A stretch of 64,000 bases of DNA, taken from assembly GCF_964194155.1 (NCBI RefSeq), contig NW_027596099.1, forward strand, positions 2,356,001 through 2,420,000, given 5' to 3'. The stretch's first letter is position 1; the number at the start of each line of letters is the position of its first letter. The position numbers and the translations under genes were made by a program. Of the stretch, positions 1 to 12,597 are shown one piece after another. The notes under the pieces were generated by a model. The model saw nothing but the letters and a program-made list of their open reading frames with translations, had not been told where the DNA came from and searched no databases. The DNA comes from Cetorhinus maximus. Lineage: Eukaryota.

Positions 1-1585
1 AGACCGTATATAAGATATGTCCTCGGATGCATGATCGCTATCCAGCTGCTGCTTCCTCTCACCGAGTCACCCAGGGGTATCTCGGACACACATAGGGAGG
101 AAGGTCAGCATCTGCACACGTCGGGGCCATACAAATAATTTACTCATCGAGTGACCGGCCCTCTTGGCTTCCCTCTTCCTGTAGCCTATACAGATCTAGC
201 TTCACAGACCGAGGAGGATGCCACTGCCCCACAGCAGGGCGATGAAAACAGACTGGTGACCTGCAAATCTCGGCCTCTGAGAGGACCCACGCCAAAGACA
301 TCACAGGCAGGGCGTCACAGTCAGCAGGCAGCCTTTAACTCCGGTATCCTGCTCCTGCCGTTGCCTGACCACTGGCTCCCTCCACCATCTTAAACGGTCT
401 CTGTAGGCGATTAGGCATACTGCGAGGTAACCAGGATCGATGATCCTGACGTGGTCCTCCTGCAGCACGAATGAGAAGGACACGTGGTAATCATCGCTGG
501 CCCTGTAGTAAAAACCCTTAATGCTTCCCGGAGATTGTTGGTCACCCCTCGGATTGCCAGAGGAGATTGCTCTCCATGGGTGCCGTGTCAACTTGCGGCA
601 AGGGGGACACTGGTACAAACAATGATGCTGAAAATACAAGGAGCTGAGGGCGCCTCCAGCAGTGACTACTACATGGCCAGTCTTGGCGAAGAGATTATAC
701 AACGTGTGCAGTCCAACTGCTGTGCAGTGCAATGAAGTGTTGACGGATTCGAAGCCAGTGCCGGTTTGTGTGGGGGTCGGCGGGGACGGTGGGTAAGACA
801 TGCAGCGGTTGATGGCACTTTGGAGCCTCTTGGATGTTTGAAAGCGTGGGTAGGATTGGAACCTGAACCAAATCATATCACAGTCGCTGCACCTGATCTG
901 CCTCAGTTGCAGAGACATGGTAACATTTTGCATGTGTCTTTCATGTTTGGCCATTTCCCTCACTTATCCTGCCTTCCACCTCTATTGACCATTAGTCAGA
1001 TTCAGCAAATTAGACACCCGCCTCCGCCAGGGCAGCACATTACAGCACCACCCCGCCACGTCAGCAGCCGCCTCATTTGGCTGGCAGCACATGCCCCAGA
1101 CAGCAACCACCACCCCTCAACAGTCACCTTCCTGGCTGGCCAGCACTTGCCCGCTGACACCCCCAACCCTCAGCCTTAGCCAGAATGACCAGGCATCAAT
1201 TTACACAGACGTCGGCGCCATTGAGGACTGTAAAGAACGGGCGAGTAGTGGAGAACACTGCGACTCAATCACCGCAACCCACCCAAAGTGAAGCTGCGCA
1301 GTGCAGGTCACTTGGTGCTATTGTGAAACACATCGTTGTCCTATACTGATGATATGGACAGGCGATACGGTGGATTCCATACGCCTGGCGGTATGGCCTT
1401 TAAATTATATGCTAATCATTGCAATTTGCTTCCCGTGGACGGATGTTGGAAATCGCAGACCGCTAATGGTGGGCTGTGCAGAAGATCGCGACCTGCCTTC
1501 ATGCCGTCGTGAAGTGGGCCCCACCATATTTTTCATGCCCGCCAGATATCACGCCCGCCGCCAGTGGGCTCGGAAGACTGCGCCC
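1..1585. mobile_element. Decayed PIF/Harbinger-type DNA transposon fragment with probable terminal inverted repeat ending at 1585
   Basis: The + strand at ~545-760 gives a Myb/SANT-like remnant across frames (PRIARGD...TWPVLAKR...TAVQCNEV). The - strand gives RLQSAINRCM, resembling the RVQGAIDCTH transposase motif. The GC-rich end ...cggaagactgcgccc is followed by AT-rich sequence. All matches are weak and by eye. Confidence 0.4.
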
Positions 1586-1829
1586 ATAATTTATGATTAA
1601 TAAATCACTTAGAGAGAGGAGAGGCTGCAGTGGGAGCATTGCATCAAATCACTAGCTAAGTAATTGATTTTATCTTGGGGTTTGACACGGCTGGTTCAAA
1701 TACATTAGCCTCACCGAGAGTGTTATAACAACCACTGGAACTGAAAGTAGCTGAGGCGCGATTTGAGGAACACCATGGGATGTTTCTTCACTGCTTCATG
1801 GCGAGATCTCAGGCCAAAATAACGAAGCC

Positions 1830-3280
1830 ATAAAAGGAACTGAAGCAAAATGAAGAATGTAAAGAGAATGGGGATGACAGTTCAGTGCATCTACTTTAGT
1901 AGAAATGCAACAGGCTGATCGTAGGTTGAGAGAATTTGATAAAACAGCCTATTCAGAGACTTAATCAGAATCAATACCTGAGTGTTATTATTTAAAAAAT
2001 GAAGTGCTAATGAGGAAAAGGAGGCCACCTCAAATACGAGCCGATCGGCAATTGGCACTTGTTCATCAGGTGGACATTCCATCTCGAGTGGCTTACGGTG
2101 TTCCAATGGCAGTTCATGCGTGCTTTAGGAAAACACAGGCCAATATACTGGAACATTTTGTATTGCCCATGGTTTCATAAAGGTGCTGCTAATTTCTGCC
2201 AGACATGACATACATGCCAAGTAGTGGGGAAACCACAATCAGCAATTATAGCACACCCTTTATTGGTTCCAATACCAGCTTGTACAGAACTGTTTAGCAA
2301 TTCCTTAATAGATTGTATTGGACCCCAGCTGTAGAAGAAGTGGGAAACAGTGTATTTCAAAAATTATGGTAGCTCTTACAAGATTTCCAGTGGCAGTGCA
2401 TTTCGGGAAGATTATGGTGAAAATTGGAGTGGAGAAGCCTTTTATCTTCTTTACATTATTTTTGTTGCCTCAGGAAAAGCAATCAGATCAAGGCTCAAAT
2501 TTTATGTCACAGATATTCAAATAAAAAAATAACAGGTTTGGGATAGGAAAAAAACATATTTTCAGCCTTCAGCGTATTATCCTTAATCATAAGGAAATTT
2601 AGCAAGATGAAATCAAACTTAAAGACCACGATTAAAGTATATTGTCAATGATGTTCCATTTTTGGGATAAAGTCCTTTCATTTGTATTGCTAAGCGATGG
2701 CCAGTAGGAGTCCACAGTATTCAGTGTTTTTGACCTCATATTTGAGGAAGAGGCGGGAGATCCAGTGAAATTAATTGAACGAAAAGTTATCAACCAAAGT
2801 TCCGAGACTTCACTTTATACCAACGTGTCAAATAGCTGGGAAAGACAAACCAAGGCCTGTGGGTTGGCCAAAAAATGTTTAAAAGTAGAAATGCTCCACA
2901 AACAATTGAAGCAAGAGCAGATATCTATTCCAAAGGTCGAAGCTCTCTTGCTGGAGAAAATGTGAGTATGGTGACCTTTCGCTAGTTAAAATAGAAAAGC
3001 AAGGTTGACGGGCCTTTATCAAATCACAAAAAAACTCAATTCTGTGAATCATATAGTCAGCATTCCAAACAGGGGGAAAATAAACTGAGTGTGTCGCGTT
3101 AATATGTTAAAGCCATATAATGGCAGGGAAGGTAACCATGGGAGGAATGTGTTTGCATTAGTGAAAGGAGAAAGGGGAGAACTTAAATTCTCAAACTATT
3201 TCAAGAATGAACCAGAAATCGGAAATTCTAAACTCGACCTTCCAGCTGTTATATTGAACAGTACAGAGGTGGTTAAAATT
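1830..3280 (+). mobile_element. Gypsy/Ty3 LTR retrotransposon integrase remnant
   Basis: Broken frames give CQT*HTCQVVGKP, LIDCIGP, TRFPVAV, QSDQGSNFMSQIF, GPYQI and CRVNMLKPY, the HHCC/DDE/GPY motifs of fish Gypsy integrases. Many stops and frameshifts. Confidence 0.8.
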
Positions 3281-3282
3281 TA

Positions 3283-3427
3283 GATAAGAGCATAAGAAAT
3301 AACAACAGGGGTAGAACACTCGGTCCCTAGAACCTGCTTCGCCATTCAATAAGATAATGATTGATCTTCCAGTGTTTCGATTTCCATATTCCCATGTAAC
3401 CCGGATAACCTTTGATTCCCCTGCCAT
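3283..3427 (-). mobile_element. CR1 LINE 3' tail fragment
   Basis: cataagaaata...ggggtagaacactcggtccc...cctgcttcgccattcaataagat resembles the reverse complement of the CR1-type 3' tails seen elsewhere in the window (e.g. 25690-25830). Confidence 0.6.
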
Positions 3428-3901
3428 GTTACGCTAATTTCCAGAAAAATAATTTCGAGATGTCTTATGTGTAATATGATCATGATAAATTATATTTTTT
3501 TTGCGAGTCTTGCAAAGTCTAATCAGAGTCCTGTGAACCTGTTTCAGTAAGGAACGCCACGCTTTCAAAATTAATGATTTCTTAAAATGGGCCATCAATC
3601 CTGGTTCCATTCTGCTCTGTAACTCTGATTTTATAAATAGCGTGGAACATTGACAACCCTCCTGTCCGCGGATATCACTCCAAGGTGCATTTACACGTCA
3701 TGGTCAGTCAAACATCTATTCGCAGACTTCCTTCCCTTAGCGACCCACATACGGGACGACCAGGCCAGGAAAATGTTGTACCATGTTGTGATACAAAAAT
3801 TGTTGGATAGCAACGCGTTAACTGAACCGGTTTGTTCAGTCTCTGGAAGTAATTTCAATCTCCCTGCATCCTAATTGTGTCACAGGAGGGTTTCACTCTG
3901 C

Positions 3902-3909
3902 TATTTATA
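3902..3909 (+). promoter_or_regulatory. Candidate TATA box of the GPCR gene
   Basis: TATTTATA ~135 bp upstream of the ATG at 4044. Positional inference only. Confidence 0.3.
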
Positions 3910-4043
3910 CGGGGCTCATTTCAAACTGCTGTCCCATAATGTCAAGGGAACAGTCGCATTCAGCACTCGCAAGGATCAACGACTCCTGAGAGGGGGAGAG
4001 AAAATACCAGAATCTGAGAATAATAGATCGGAACGTGACAACA

Positions 4044-4218
4044 ATGTATCAGAATCTTAGAACAAATTCATGGAATTTTACAAAAATGGACAGGAGTTTA
4101 TCCTCGGGGCTTTACTATCTTTCTCAAGATCGGATATCATTAGCTGATAGGATTGAGGGTGTAATTTCGGTAATTCAAGTGGGTTACTTTCCCATCCTGG
4201 CTCTTTTTGGTGTGACCG
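4044..4218 (+). CDS. Exon 1 of orphan class A GPCR (GPR139/GPR142-like): N-terminus and first half of TM1
   Basis: ATG at 4044 opens MYQNLRTNSWNFTKM...IQVGYFPILALFGVT, with an N-glycosylation sequon (NFT). Donor ACCG|gtaag at 4218/4219 is phase 1 and joins exon 2 in frame (G+TG = Val; ...FGVTVNLITIVIL). Confidence 0.85.
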
Positions 4219-5289
4219 GTAAGAACCTGTATGCAACAATCTGTTCTTTAAACCAGATTGACTGCATTACTGTTACTGTCTTTTACATTTCAGGAAGATG
4301 GAAGTCATTTGCTGCTGTTCCCGTTTTAATGATCGTTCCCTATCCAGTCGCTCCACCCACCTACCGTGCCAATATCTAAACCTGAACCATAGTGTCTTCG
4401 ACCATCACGCTCCATTTGGCCCTCAGCTGAATTCTAAGCCCATACCCTTTCCATCCTTAAGCCTGTCTTCTACCAGCTCTTTAACCTGGCCCACTATCCG
4501 CGCTGCATCAGCACAACACCCGAATGGTCCCTCAGCTGTGCATTTGCCAAAACCAGACTTGGCTATTAAAATGTTAATCTGGCCAGACAATTGCAGTTAA
4601 AAACCTTCTTTAAACATACGGCATAGAAAGCCCTGATTTCTGTAAACTAACCCATGCCAACTCTCAGTCCACCATTATCCCTGCGCTCAAGGGCCAACAT
4701 TGCTTCCAGGTCTTTCAGCTCGTCAATTTCAATATTTCAAATCCTGTTATTTGATCACGCTTTAATCTCACTTCTCCAATTCATCCCATGTCCAGAAACT
4801 CACACAAGGTGCCTCATGTTGTGCAGGGGTTTTCAGCATGTTTGACATGCCTTTGAAACACTGTCTGTACCTGTCCACCGAAAGCCTGTGTTAATCAGTC
4901 TCAGCTAAATGTTTGTTAAACAACACGCGGCACCCTCTCCAGTTTAATTGAAACGGGCCAGACATCTCACTGTCAGCTGAAGGGCTTTTGACTGACTTCT
5001 GTTATTGCGAAGTCCATTGAGGTGCTGTAGATGGTGTTCAGGGTGTTGTGCTGTGAGGGGCTGCATACATTGAGAGAGGAAATAGGATTTATAGGCCCAA
5101 CCTTGGAAGAGGATTTGGGGCTGTATTTACAGTGCATCTGGACCTGTACCATGACTGGTGAAAGGATCGGAGTGAAGAGGGAAGGGAACGCCTGTTAACA
5201 TTTGGTGGGGGGAGGGGGGTTGCCCAGCCCTTAGCACCCCTGGATTGTCAGCAACACTTTACAAACCTACACCTAAAACAGGTGCAGAG

Positions 5290-6160
5290 ACGGATATAAC
5301 TCTGACAGAACAATGAGGTGTTACAGAGCCGTGTCACCTCCTTTAGCAGGTCTGGGGCCGCACACCAGGGTGAGGGTGGTGCTGTCTTTGGACACTACGT
5401 TTACAGGGTCATTGAACCCTCGATTGATTCGGAAGATTCCAGGCAGGGGCAGGTGATATATTCATTATCTCCCAGTATTTTGTCTAACTGTGTATTCACT
5501 AGCTGACAGAGAAAATCTATGCTGTGTGACACGTTTGTACTGTTGCTCACTCAACGGTGAGAAGCAGAATGATCGGTCCCATAGTTTCCCAGGGCAGAGG
5601 GATTCCCGCTGGCGTACGTGATTCTGCCGTGTCCCCATTAGAACGAAAGGGTTAAAGGCTCTCAAAGAATTCTCACTGCATTGATATGCAGTTGATGTAT
5701 GTCTATGCACAGTACATCATGTTGGTGAATAGCCAATGTCCTGACTAGAGCCACAATAGCTTCATTATGAAGCACTCGGACGGTTCCAGCATCTTCGTAG
5801 CTCCATAGAGAACCACCCAGTGGCTTTTCGGAGTTTAAGGCTGCCCCGTCGGTGCGTGGATCAAAAAAAACACACCCTCGCCATTCCCAACCTCCAACCA
5901 AGCAGGAGAACATAACATCTCAATCCGAGAGCAATGGAGTCACATCGAGCATTGTTGATAAGCATGCCAAAGTGGGAAAGAAAAGCTTCTGCTTCCTGAG
6001 CCGTTCGGTTTGTTCCCTCTACTACACGCTGGAGCAGGTGGTAATTTTCATAGTGTTCTGCTGCATCCTTCATATCATCACCATCATAAGGACACAGGCA
6101 TTGTCACCAGGAATCCGGAGGACAATGCAGGAGAAGAGGAGATTGCAGTAAGACATATCC
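5290..6160 (+). mobile_element. Harbinger (HARBI1-like DDE) transposase pseudogene inside the GPCR intron
   Basis: Fragments GRFQAGAGDIFIISQ, FPRAEG, SHNSFI and SRSVCSLYYTLEQVVIFIVFCCILH match HARBI1-type motifs (GSFQ..GD..ISQ; LDRSGG.LQY.P......CC.LHN). Disrupted by stops and frameshifts. Confidence 0.75.
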
Positions 6161-7263
6161 TGGATGCCTTCGCCTTTGACAGGTTTTCTACATGTGCCCG
6201 CTAAGAATCCAGTTTGCACATAGCTTCCTTTTCTGAAGTTGTTCACAACATAAATTTTATTGTTTGGACAATGGAAATCCAACACCGAATCAAAGGACAG
6301 GGAGACTCTTGCTGATAAAAGGTTCACTTCAAAATAACATTCGTTTAGAGACATTTTTGAAGATTTCAGGCATTAAAAGAGGCTGATAGGCTTTACCTGT
6401 TAGTACATTTCTTCAATACCGAGGCTCCACCACACTGTAGACTAAAAGCCAGATATTTACAAACTCCATTTGTCTTCAACCACCGAGGAACGAACACTTC
6501 AGTCCTGCAACGTTTTCAACCAACACATTAAGCATTATAAGGAATGACCTGTTCATGTTCTACACTCGTAATAATTTAAGTACGTGCTACATTTAAACAA
6601 ATCATCATGTTTTGGGTGAAGGTTTATGAGTGTCTGTGGGGTCGTTATGATTTGCATTTCGTATTTTGTAAGGAACGGATGTTTATCCTTTCATTTGAAT
6701 TGATAATTCGCAAGAATGCTCGCTTCGGATTTCTTATAATAACATCAGTGGACGGAGGAAACAGTCCCTCGCGTAACTGCATAGCGTTCCTGTCAGGAGA
6801 TATGTTGAGAACCAGAATAAATTACCCCATTTCTCTTCTTTGCACTTAACGCAATCATCACCTCTGGCTCCTCTCACTCAAACGCGTCTCCCCTCGCACT
6901 CATGAGTTCCAGCATCACCCATGGGTACCTCCAGTAATTTGCACGCTCACCGGCCACGCCATGAGCCTCTATCACCGCTAAGTGTATCTATTATCCCCCG
7001 ATTCCTCCTTCGCCCCTTTGTCTCCCAAAATTTCCCGCTAACCTGCAACTCTCATCTCCACACTATTCACAGCTCCTTCTTTTAACCATTTAATGTATCC
7101 TGCCTTCCACTGTATCACAGACATTTTTTATATCTTCTTTCAGGACCATTGATTTCAATACACCGGAGGATGCTGTAAGACATCTCCATCACATATCAAT
7201 CATACTGACAACTTTGGTACCAGAGTGATATATCGTTTTGACGTGTATTACCTTTCTTTGCAG

Positions 7264-8141
7264 TGAACCTAATCACGATTGTGATCCTCAGGCGCAGGAG
7301 GTGTGGCCTCTCCAATTGTGTTTCCCGTTACCTGGTGGCCATGGCAGTGGCTGATCTACTGGTCATTATCCTGGACCTGATACTGAGGCATATTCCAATT
7401 GTGTTTGATAGGTATTTCTTTTTCCTGAAATCAATCAACGTGTGTAATATCCACGCCGTCCTGCTTTATGCAGCCACTGACTGTTCTCTGTGGTTCACTG
7501 TCACTTTTACCTTCGATCGATTTGTGGCCATTTGTTGCCCGAAGCTGAAAACTAAATATTGCAGCGAGAAAACGGCAGCTGCGATTCTGGAAACCGTGAT
7601 AGCACTGAGCTGTTCAAAGAACATTTTCTGGTATTTTTTGCTCACAGGTCAGTACTGGCTGGTAAATTTCCCCTGGTTTTGCGGTTACACAGAAGAGGTT
7701 CTGTTCTCTCCTGTCTGGGTAACAATCGAGTTCACCCATCACATTCTAACACCTTGTGTCCCATTTGTGCTCATTCTGCTCATCAATATTTTGACCGTCG
7801 AGTACATTTTATTGACCAGTAGGGCCCGCAGGAGACTCCGGGCTCACAGGAGTGGGGAAAGCCCCAAGGACCCAGAGGTGGACAATCGAAAGAAAGCGAT
7901 CATGTTACTGTTTTATATTTCAGCCAATTTCATCGTTTTATGGGCAATGTTAATGTTTTTTTCCATATGGATCCGGATGCATGGATTAGGCTATAATTCT
8001 CTGTATCTACATTTTTTTGTTCTGGAATTGGGCTTCATGCTGCAGCTCCTGAGTTGCTGCACAAACACTTGGATTTATGCTGTGACACAGACCAAGTTCA
8101 GGGAGCAGTTGTGGAAAATGTTCAAATATCCCTTCACTTAA
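7264..8141 (+). CDS. Exon 2 of orphan class A GPCR (GPR139/GPR142-like): TM1 to TM7 and C-tail; spliced protein 350 aa
   Basis: Acceptor cctttctttgcag|tg at 7263/7264. Uninterrupted ORF with TM2 LVAMAVADLL, TM3 Cys and TFDRFVAIC (DRY variant), TM5 PFVLILLIN, TM7 CCTNTWIY and helix 8 KFREQL. Stop TAA at 8139-8141. Confidence 0.92.
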
Positions 8142-9184
8142 ATTCTTTATTTAGTTCAATGATTCGAAGAGCTTAATCACTGACATTCCGAGAACATAAT
8201 TTCACATTTCCAGCAGGGGACATGGGTCTGTCGCTAGGCGGAATGAATCAAAGGGAACTTCCTGACTTTTCACATTAAACTGAAAGTTTTCAGCGGATGG
8301 TGGTGGGAGTTGGGTTGTTGTGGAGGTGTGAGTGGGTTCATTATCTGGGTGGATTAAATTACGGGGAGTTTCCTGAATTCTGTCATTGAATTTCATATCT
8401 CCAGCTGGCACGGGGGTGTGGAGGTGGGATGGGGCTGTGTAGTGCGTTCAAGGGGTCCTTATGAACGGAACCGTATCAATCAGCGCTTCCAATATTTTCT
8501 CATTTCATTGCTCATTTTCAATGGAGGAGAATTGCGCTCACTGGGGGAACAAAGACAGCTAGATTTTCCAGAATTACAGAATGTTCTCATATTTAGAGCG
8601 GGGGAGGGGAGGGGGGTGGTGGTGAAGGCCGTGAATGTTCACTCACTGAATAACTTCTCCCATCCCATTGGCCGAATGCAAAGCCCTTCGTCCCCTCCCT
8701 TCACACAGGAAGGGCAGGAAACACAGCTCAAGCCATTTGCACACTTCCATTGCCCACAACGCATGTTCTTTATTCTTCTCTATAGCACTGATTGAACAGA
8801 AAACTCAGCCACTGAAGTCAATTTCCAAAAATGCTGGTGCAACTTTCCACTGCTTCTCAGTGATTGGACAGGAATCCTACTTCCAACACCTGATTTGAAA
8901 TGGAATTCCCAGAGGGAAATGTGGTGCAGTCTTGTCAGAGGAGCTGCGTTCACAGCTTGGAATTATGGTAACCAACATCGGAATTAAGATCACAAAGTGA
9001 AAGTGAGATATCAGAGGATACCTGTGCATGGGCAGCAGACCAGCTCTCACTGGATGCTAGTGTTTATGAGGGGAGTGGGAGTCAATTGAGATTCAGCCAG
9101 GGGGCGGAGTTGCAGGGGATTTGGGGTGTGTGTGTGGGGCAAGGCGGCACAACTGCACCACGATCTCCCTAAAAGAGATCCAGA

Positions 9185-9645
9185 TTGACGTAGTGAGAGA
9201 TAAAGAGAATCCGGCAGGCTGTTTAACAGACAGAGAAAGATAAGGAAGAGTTGAGAAAGAGATAGAGAGTGTGAGAGATGGGGAAAGAGATACAGGCTGA
9301 GATAGAGAGAGGTGGAGGCACAGTGAGAGATCAACATACTGGGATGGAGAGTGACAGAACGACAGAGAAAGAGAAAGAGATACAGAGAGATATAAAGGCT
9401 GGAAGAGAATGAAAGTGAGAAAGGGAGAGACGGACAGTAAGAGAAGGGAGAGAGGGAGATGTTGAGTGACAGGGAAGGGCGGGGCGAATTGGAGATAATA
9501 GATGGTTAGGATGAGAAAAGGACAGAGAGTGTGGGAGAGACAGACAGACAGATATGTTGAGAAAGAAATAGAATCAAAAAGAGAGATAACAGGAAGGCAA
9601 GAGCAAGAAGGAGAGGGGGATACCGGGAGACAGATAAACAGAAAT
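9185..9645. repeat. Purine-rich (GA) low-complexity tract
   Basis: Degenerate gagagacagagaga sequence. It produces spurious ORFs on both strands. Confidence 0.8.
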
Positions 9646-9649
9646 GATC

Positions 9650-10085
9650 CTACAGCGCTGACTGTGCAACAGTGCAGCACTCCCGCGGTTTTGAAATTTG
9701 GCAGTGCAGAATTATTTCGTACTGACCCACTGACAGTGCAGCACTCCCTCAGTTCTGCCCGCCTTTTTATCTCACCCTCTCTCTTCCTGTTACCTCTTTT
9801 TTTTCTCAACACCTCTGCCTTCACTCTCTCTCTCTGTGCACTTTTGACACCCTATCTCTCTCTTCAAAATTGCAGCACTCCCTCAGTACTGATCCTTCAA
9901 CAACGCATCACTCGTCCTCTACCGGCCATGGGGCAATTCAGCTCTGCTCCCGCATTTGTTCTTCTGACGGTGTCCGGCTCCCTCAATACTGACTCACTGG
10001 CAGTGCCGCAATTCCTCCGTAGTGAAACACAGACATCAGAATACTATTCAGTACTGGCAATCCGACAGTGCAGAAATCCATTAGT
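9650..10085 (-). repeat. Degenerate 33-bp minisatellite (reverse orientation of the array at 36240-36700), interrupted by a pyrimidine tract
   Basis: Recurring actgacccactgacagtgcagcactccctcagt-like units. Confidence 0.7.
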
Positions 10086-10089
10086 AGTG

Positions 10090-11970
10090 CATCGGAATGC
10101 AAATGAGTTACAGTATTCCACATAACTGTATTTTGTCAAAAGATTCATCACAGAGTTAAGGTAATCTGCCAGGAAACGTGCAATATCAGAAGGCTAAACT
10201 GTCTGGAAGTGCTTTAGGAGAAGTCACATGAATCACTGCAGTGAAAATTAAACGAAATCCTGACCCTGTGGTGCTATTGTGAGGTTAAACATATTATACT
10301 GCTCGATCAGAGAACTAGCTGGTAAATTTGGAAAGCAACAATGGAGCTGAGGGTTTGCTGTCAGGCGAGTTGGATTCGATTCCTGCACTCAGTGAGTTTA
10401 GGACCCTTTTTTCACACTGCAATTGTCAGGTGAACAACGACACTCAATCAGACTATTAACCACTGTTACATTGAAATACAGGCTGCCATTTTTGAACATC
10501 AAGAGTGCTAATCCAACATATTACGTCTCCCAGCACCCTTTCCCTCGCCTGCGATAATGACCATCACAGGCTCATTGACCATGGATACTAACCGGCTTTT
10601 AGTGACCGGGGAGGGGAGCGGGCGCTTTATTTACGCACTGCTGCCGTGCTCGATGTCGCTTTCTGGACATCCTGAATGTCCCAATGGTGACTTCTGTGAG
10701 GGTTTTAGCAGAGGGAGGCGGGGATTATACTTGTAAAATTAGATTTGGAACGATTTCCCTCTGTCAGCATGCAGAGAATGGTGTCTCTCATTTCAAATCG
10801 TCTCCAGTCTCCTGATGAGGAATATCCGAGAGTGGTAGCTGTCCTGTTCGTTAAATTAGTTCAAGCAATGTAAATAAATGGAACTTTCCGTATTATTGTG
10901 CCGTGAACGTCTGCTAATTCATAGTGATTCTTCCCTGATAAAGTGGGTAGATTTTCGGGTTGAATGGAATTGGAAGCGCCCTATAGGCCAGCATATGGAA
11001 TAAATTAAAAAGCTGGAGACAGACAGTCAGAAGAAATGGGGTCTTCTCCAATCGTTCGTATGTGACTGAATGTGTTAACCCAGGATCTGTTCTGCAGCCT
11101 CAGCTGCCAGTTCAGTAAAATGCACATACAACATGAAACAACATGGAGCTTTATATCAAAGATTGTTGATGGCGCTCAGTGAGATGGTGACTAAATTATC
11201 GACATGTGTGTGGAAAATTGGGAAGGTGCTTTAAACGATTAAATCGGTTTGCAAATCTTTGACAATACAGGCAAAGTCTGAGAGAGCGGGGTCCATTCAC
11301 GTACGCAATACATAAAAATTAGGTTATTCTCGGAATGCTCAAAAACTACGAGAAGGTTGCTGTCCCCATGGCTAACTGAGAAAGGCAAGCGTGTTATACC
11401 TGGAAAGAAACGGTGTACAATGAAGCCAAGATTCACATTAGGCCAGATGACTTAGAAAATTTTGGCACAAGCAAAACAGTTCCCAAAGCCAGTTCAGCTG
11501 GAGACGTTAGGACATGCCTGGCAAGAAATGTGGAAACATGCATAACAAGAGCCTTCAAACACTCATGAAGCAAAATAGGAACTAAATGTTAGTCACAGAG
11601 TGGATGAGATTTGGGAATTAAGCAGGGGGTGTGGGTATGGAAATGGCAGCTGAATGTATTTTAAACGGTGTGAAATCCCAATCACTTATCACCAAACAGC
11701 TGAATGTATTTTAACCAGCAATAAATCCTACTCACATATTACCACTTTGCTGAATTTACTTTAACCAGCACTAACTTCCATTAACTTATCAATAAACTGC
11801 TGAATGTATTTTAACCAGCGCTAAATCCCATTCAATTATCACCACTCTGCTGAATGCATTTTAGACAGCGCAAAATCCACTCACATATTACCACTCTGCT
11901 GCCTCTATTTTAACCAGCTCTAAATTCCATTGACTTATCAACAATCTGCTGAATGTATTTTAACCAACAA
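10090..11970 (+). repeat. Copy A of an inverted segmental duplication (partner ~45330-48465); includes an old CR1 RT fragment (~10940-11200) and ~6 units of the 50-bp minisatellite
   Basis: Colinear reverse-complement matches throughout, e.g. 10344-10393 vs 48174-48223, 10810-10830 vs 47735-47760 and 11365-11385 vs 47175-47195. Roughly 70-75% identity by eye. Confidence 0.9.
11648..11970 (-). repeat. 50-bp minisatellite, ~6 units (reverse orientation of the 45330-46925 array)
   Basis: gctgaatgtattttaaccagc...cacttatcaccactct recurs every 50 bp. Confidence 0.9.
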
Positions 11971-12184
11971 TAAATCAAATTCCTGGTCGGGGTATCTTAT
12001 AAAATTCGTAAAGAATAAAATTAGAGAATTAGTTTACTAAATATATCCTGAATACATGTCAACGTACCGTTATGCTGATGAATTAAAGTTGCTGCATAAA
12101 CACATTAATTTATGCGGTGAGTCAGTCCAAGATCAGACAGCAGTTAATGACTTTGGTGAAATATCGGTTACGCACAGCATTCAG

Positions 12185-12597
12185 AGACTCAGCCAATCCA
12201 GGAGCTTCACCCGCTCTGTCACAGGCAGCACAGCCAAGCCGGAACTTCACCCAGTGACTCAAACAACCACTAACCCGAACCAACATCTCCACAGCCACTC
12301 TATTAATTCACGCACCCAGATATTGAAAGCCACCTCATCCAATCGGAAAGCTTCATCAGGTGACCCCCGATTCACTCAGTCTATTAGGCATTTCGTTGAT
12401 ATTCGCCTGACAGAATCAGAGAAATCTGCCCGGTGACCGACACCTTTCTCAGCCAATCAGGGAGCATCATTTGATGGCTAAAGGACGCAGCAACCAATCA
12501 GGAATTCATTTGGTAACTCGGGGCCGTCTTCCCAAATCAGGCAGCTGTTTCCGGTGCTTCACGGTCGTTGCAGCTGATCAGCAAGTTTTATATACAG
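12185..12597 (+). promoter_or_regulatory. Array of CCAAT-box-containing ~40-bp degenerate repeats followed by a TATA-like box
   Basis: agccaatcc (12191), atccaatcg (12337), agccaatcag (12451) and aaccaatcag (12492), plus degenerate copies; ttttatatac at ~12586. Lies directly 5' of a CR1 ORF1 remnant. Confidence 0.45.

Noticed and set aside
301-1600. ORFs of 100-220 aa at the window start as host genes
   Set aside because: GC-rich decayed transposon-like sequence; motif remnants are scattered across frames and strands.
4219-4379. C-terminal part of ORF 4035..4379
   Set aside because: Read-through into the GPCR intron past the gtaag donor at 4219.
9047-10125. Long ORFs 9093..9824 (-) and 9502..10125 (+)
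   Set aside because: They run through GA/CT low-complexity sequence and the 33-bp satellite, with biased composition and no domain.
10940-11400. Possible host exon inside the inverted duplication (donor-like aag|gtaagc in copy B)
   Set aside because: The frames I translated contain stops, part of it is a CR1 RT remnant (PQGSVLGPQL-like), and the donor is gc in copy A.
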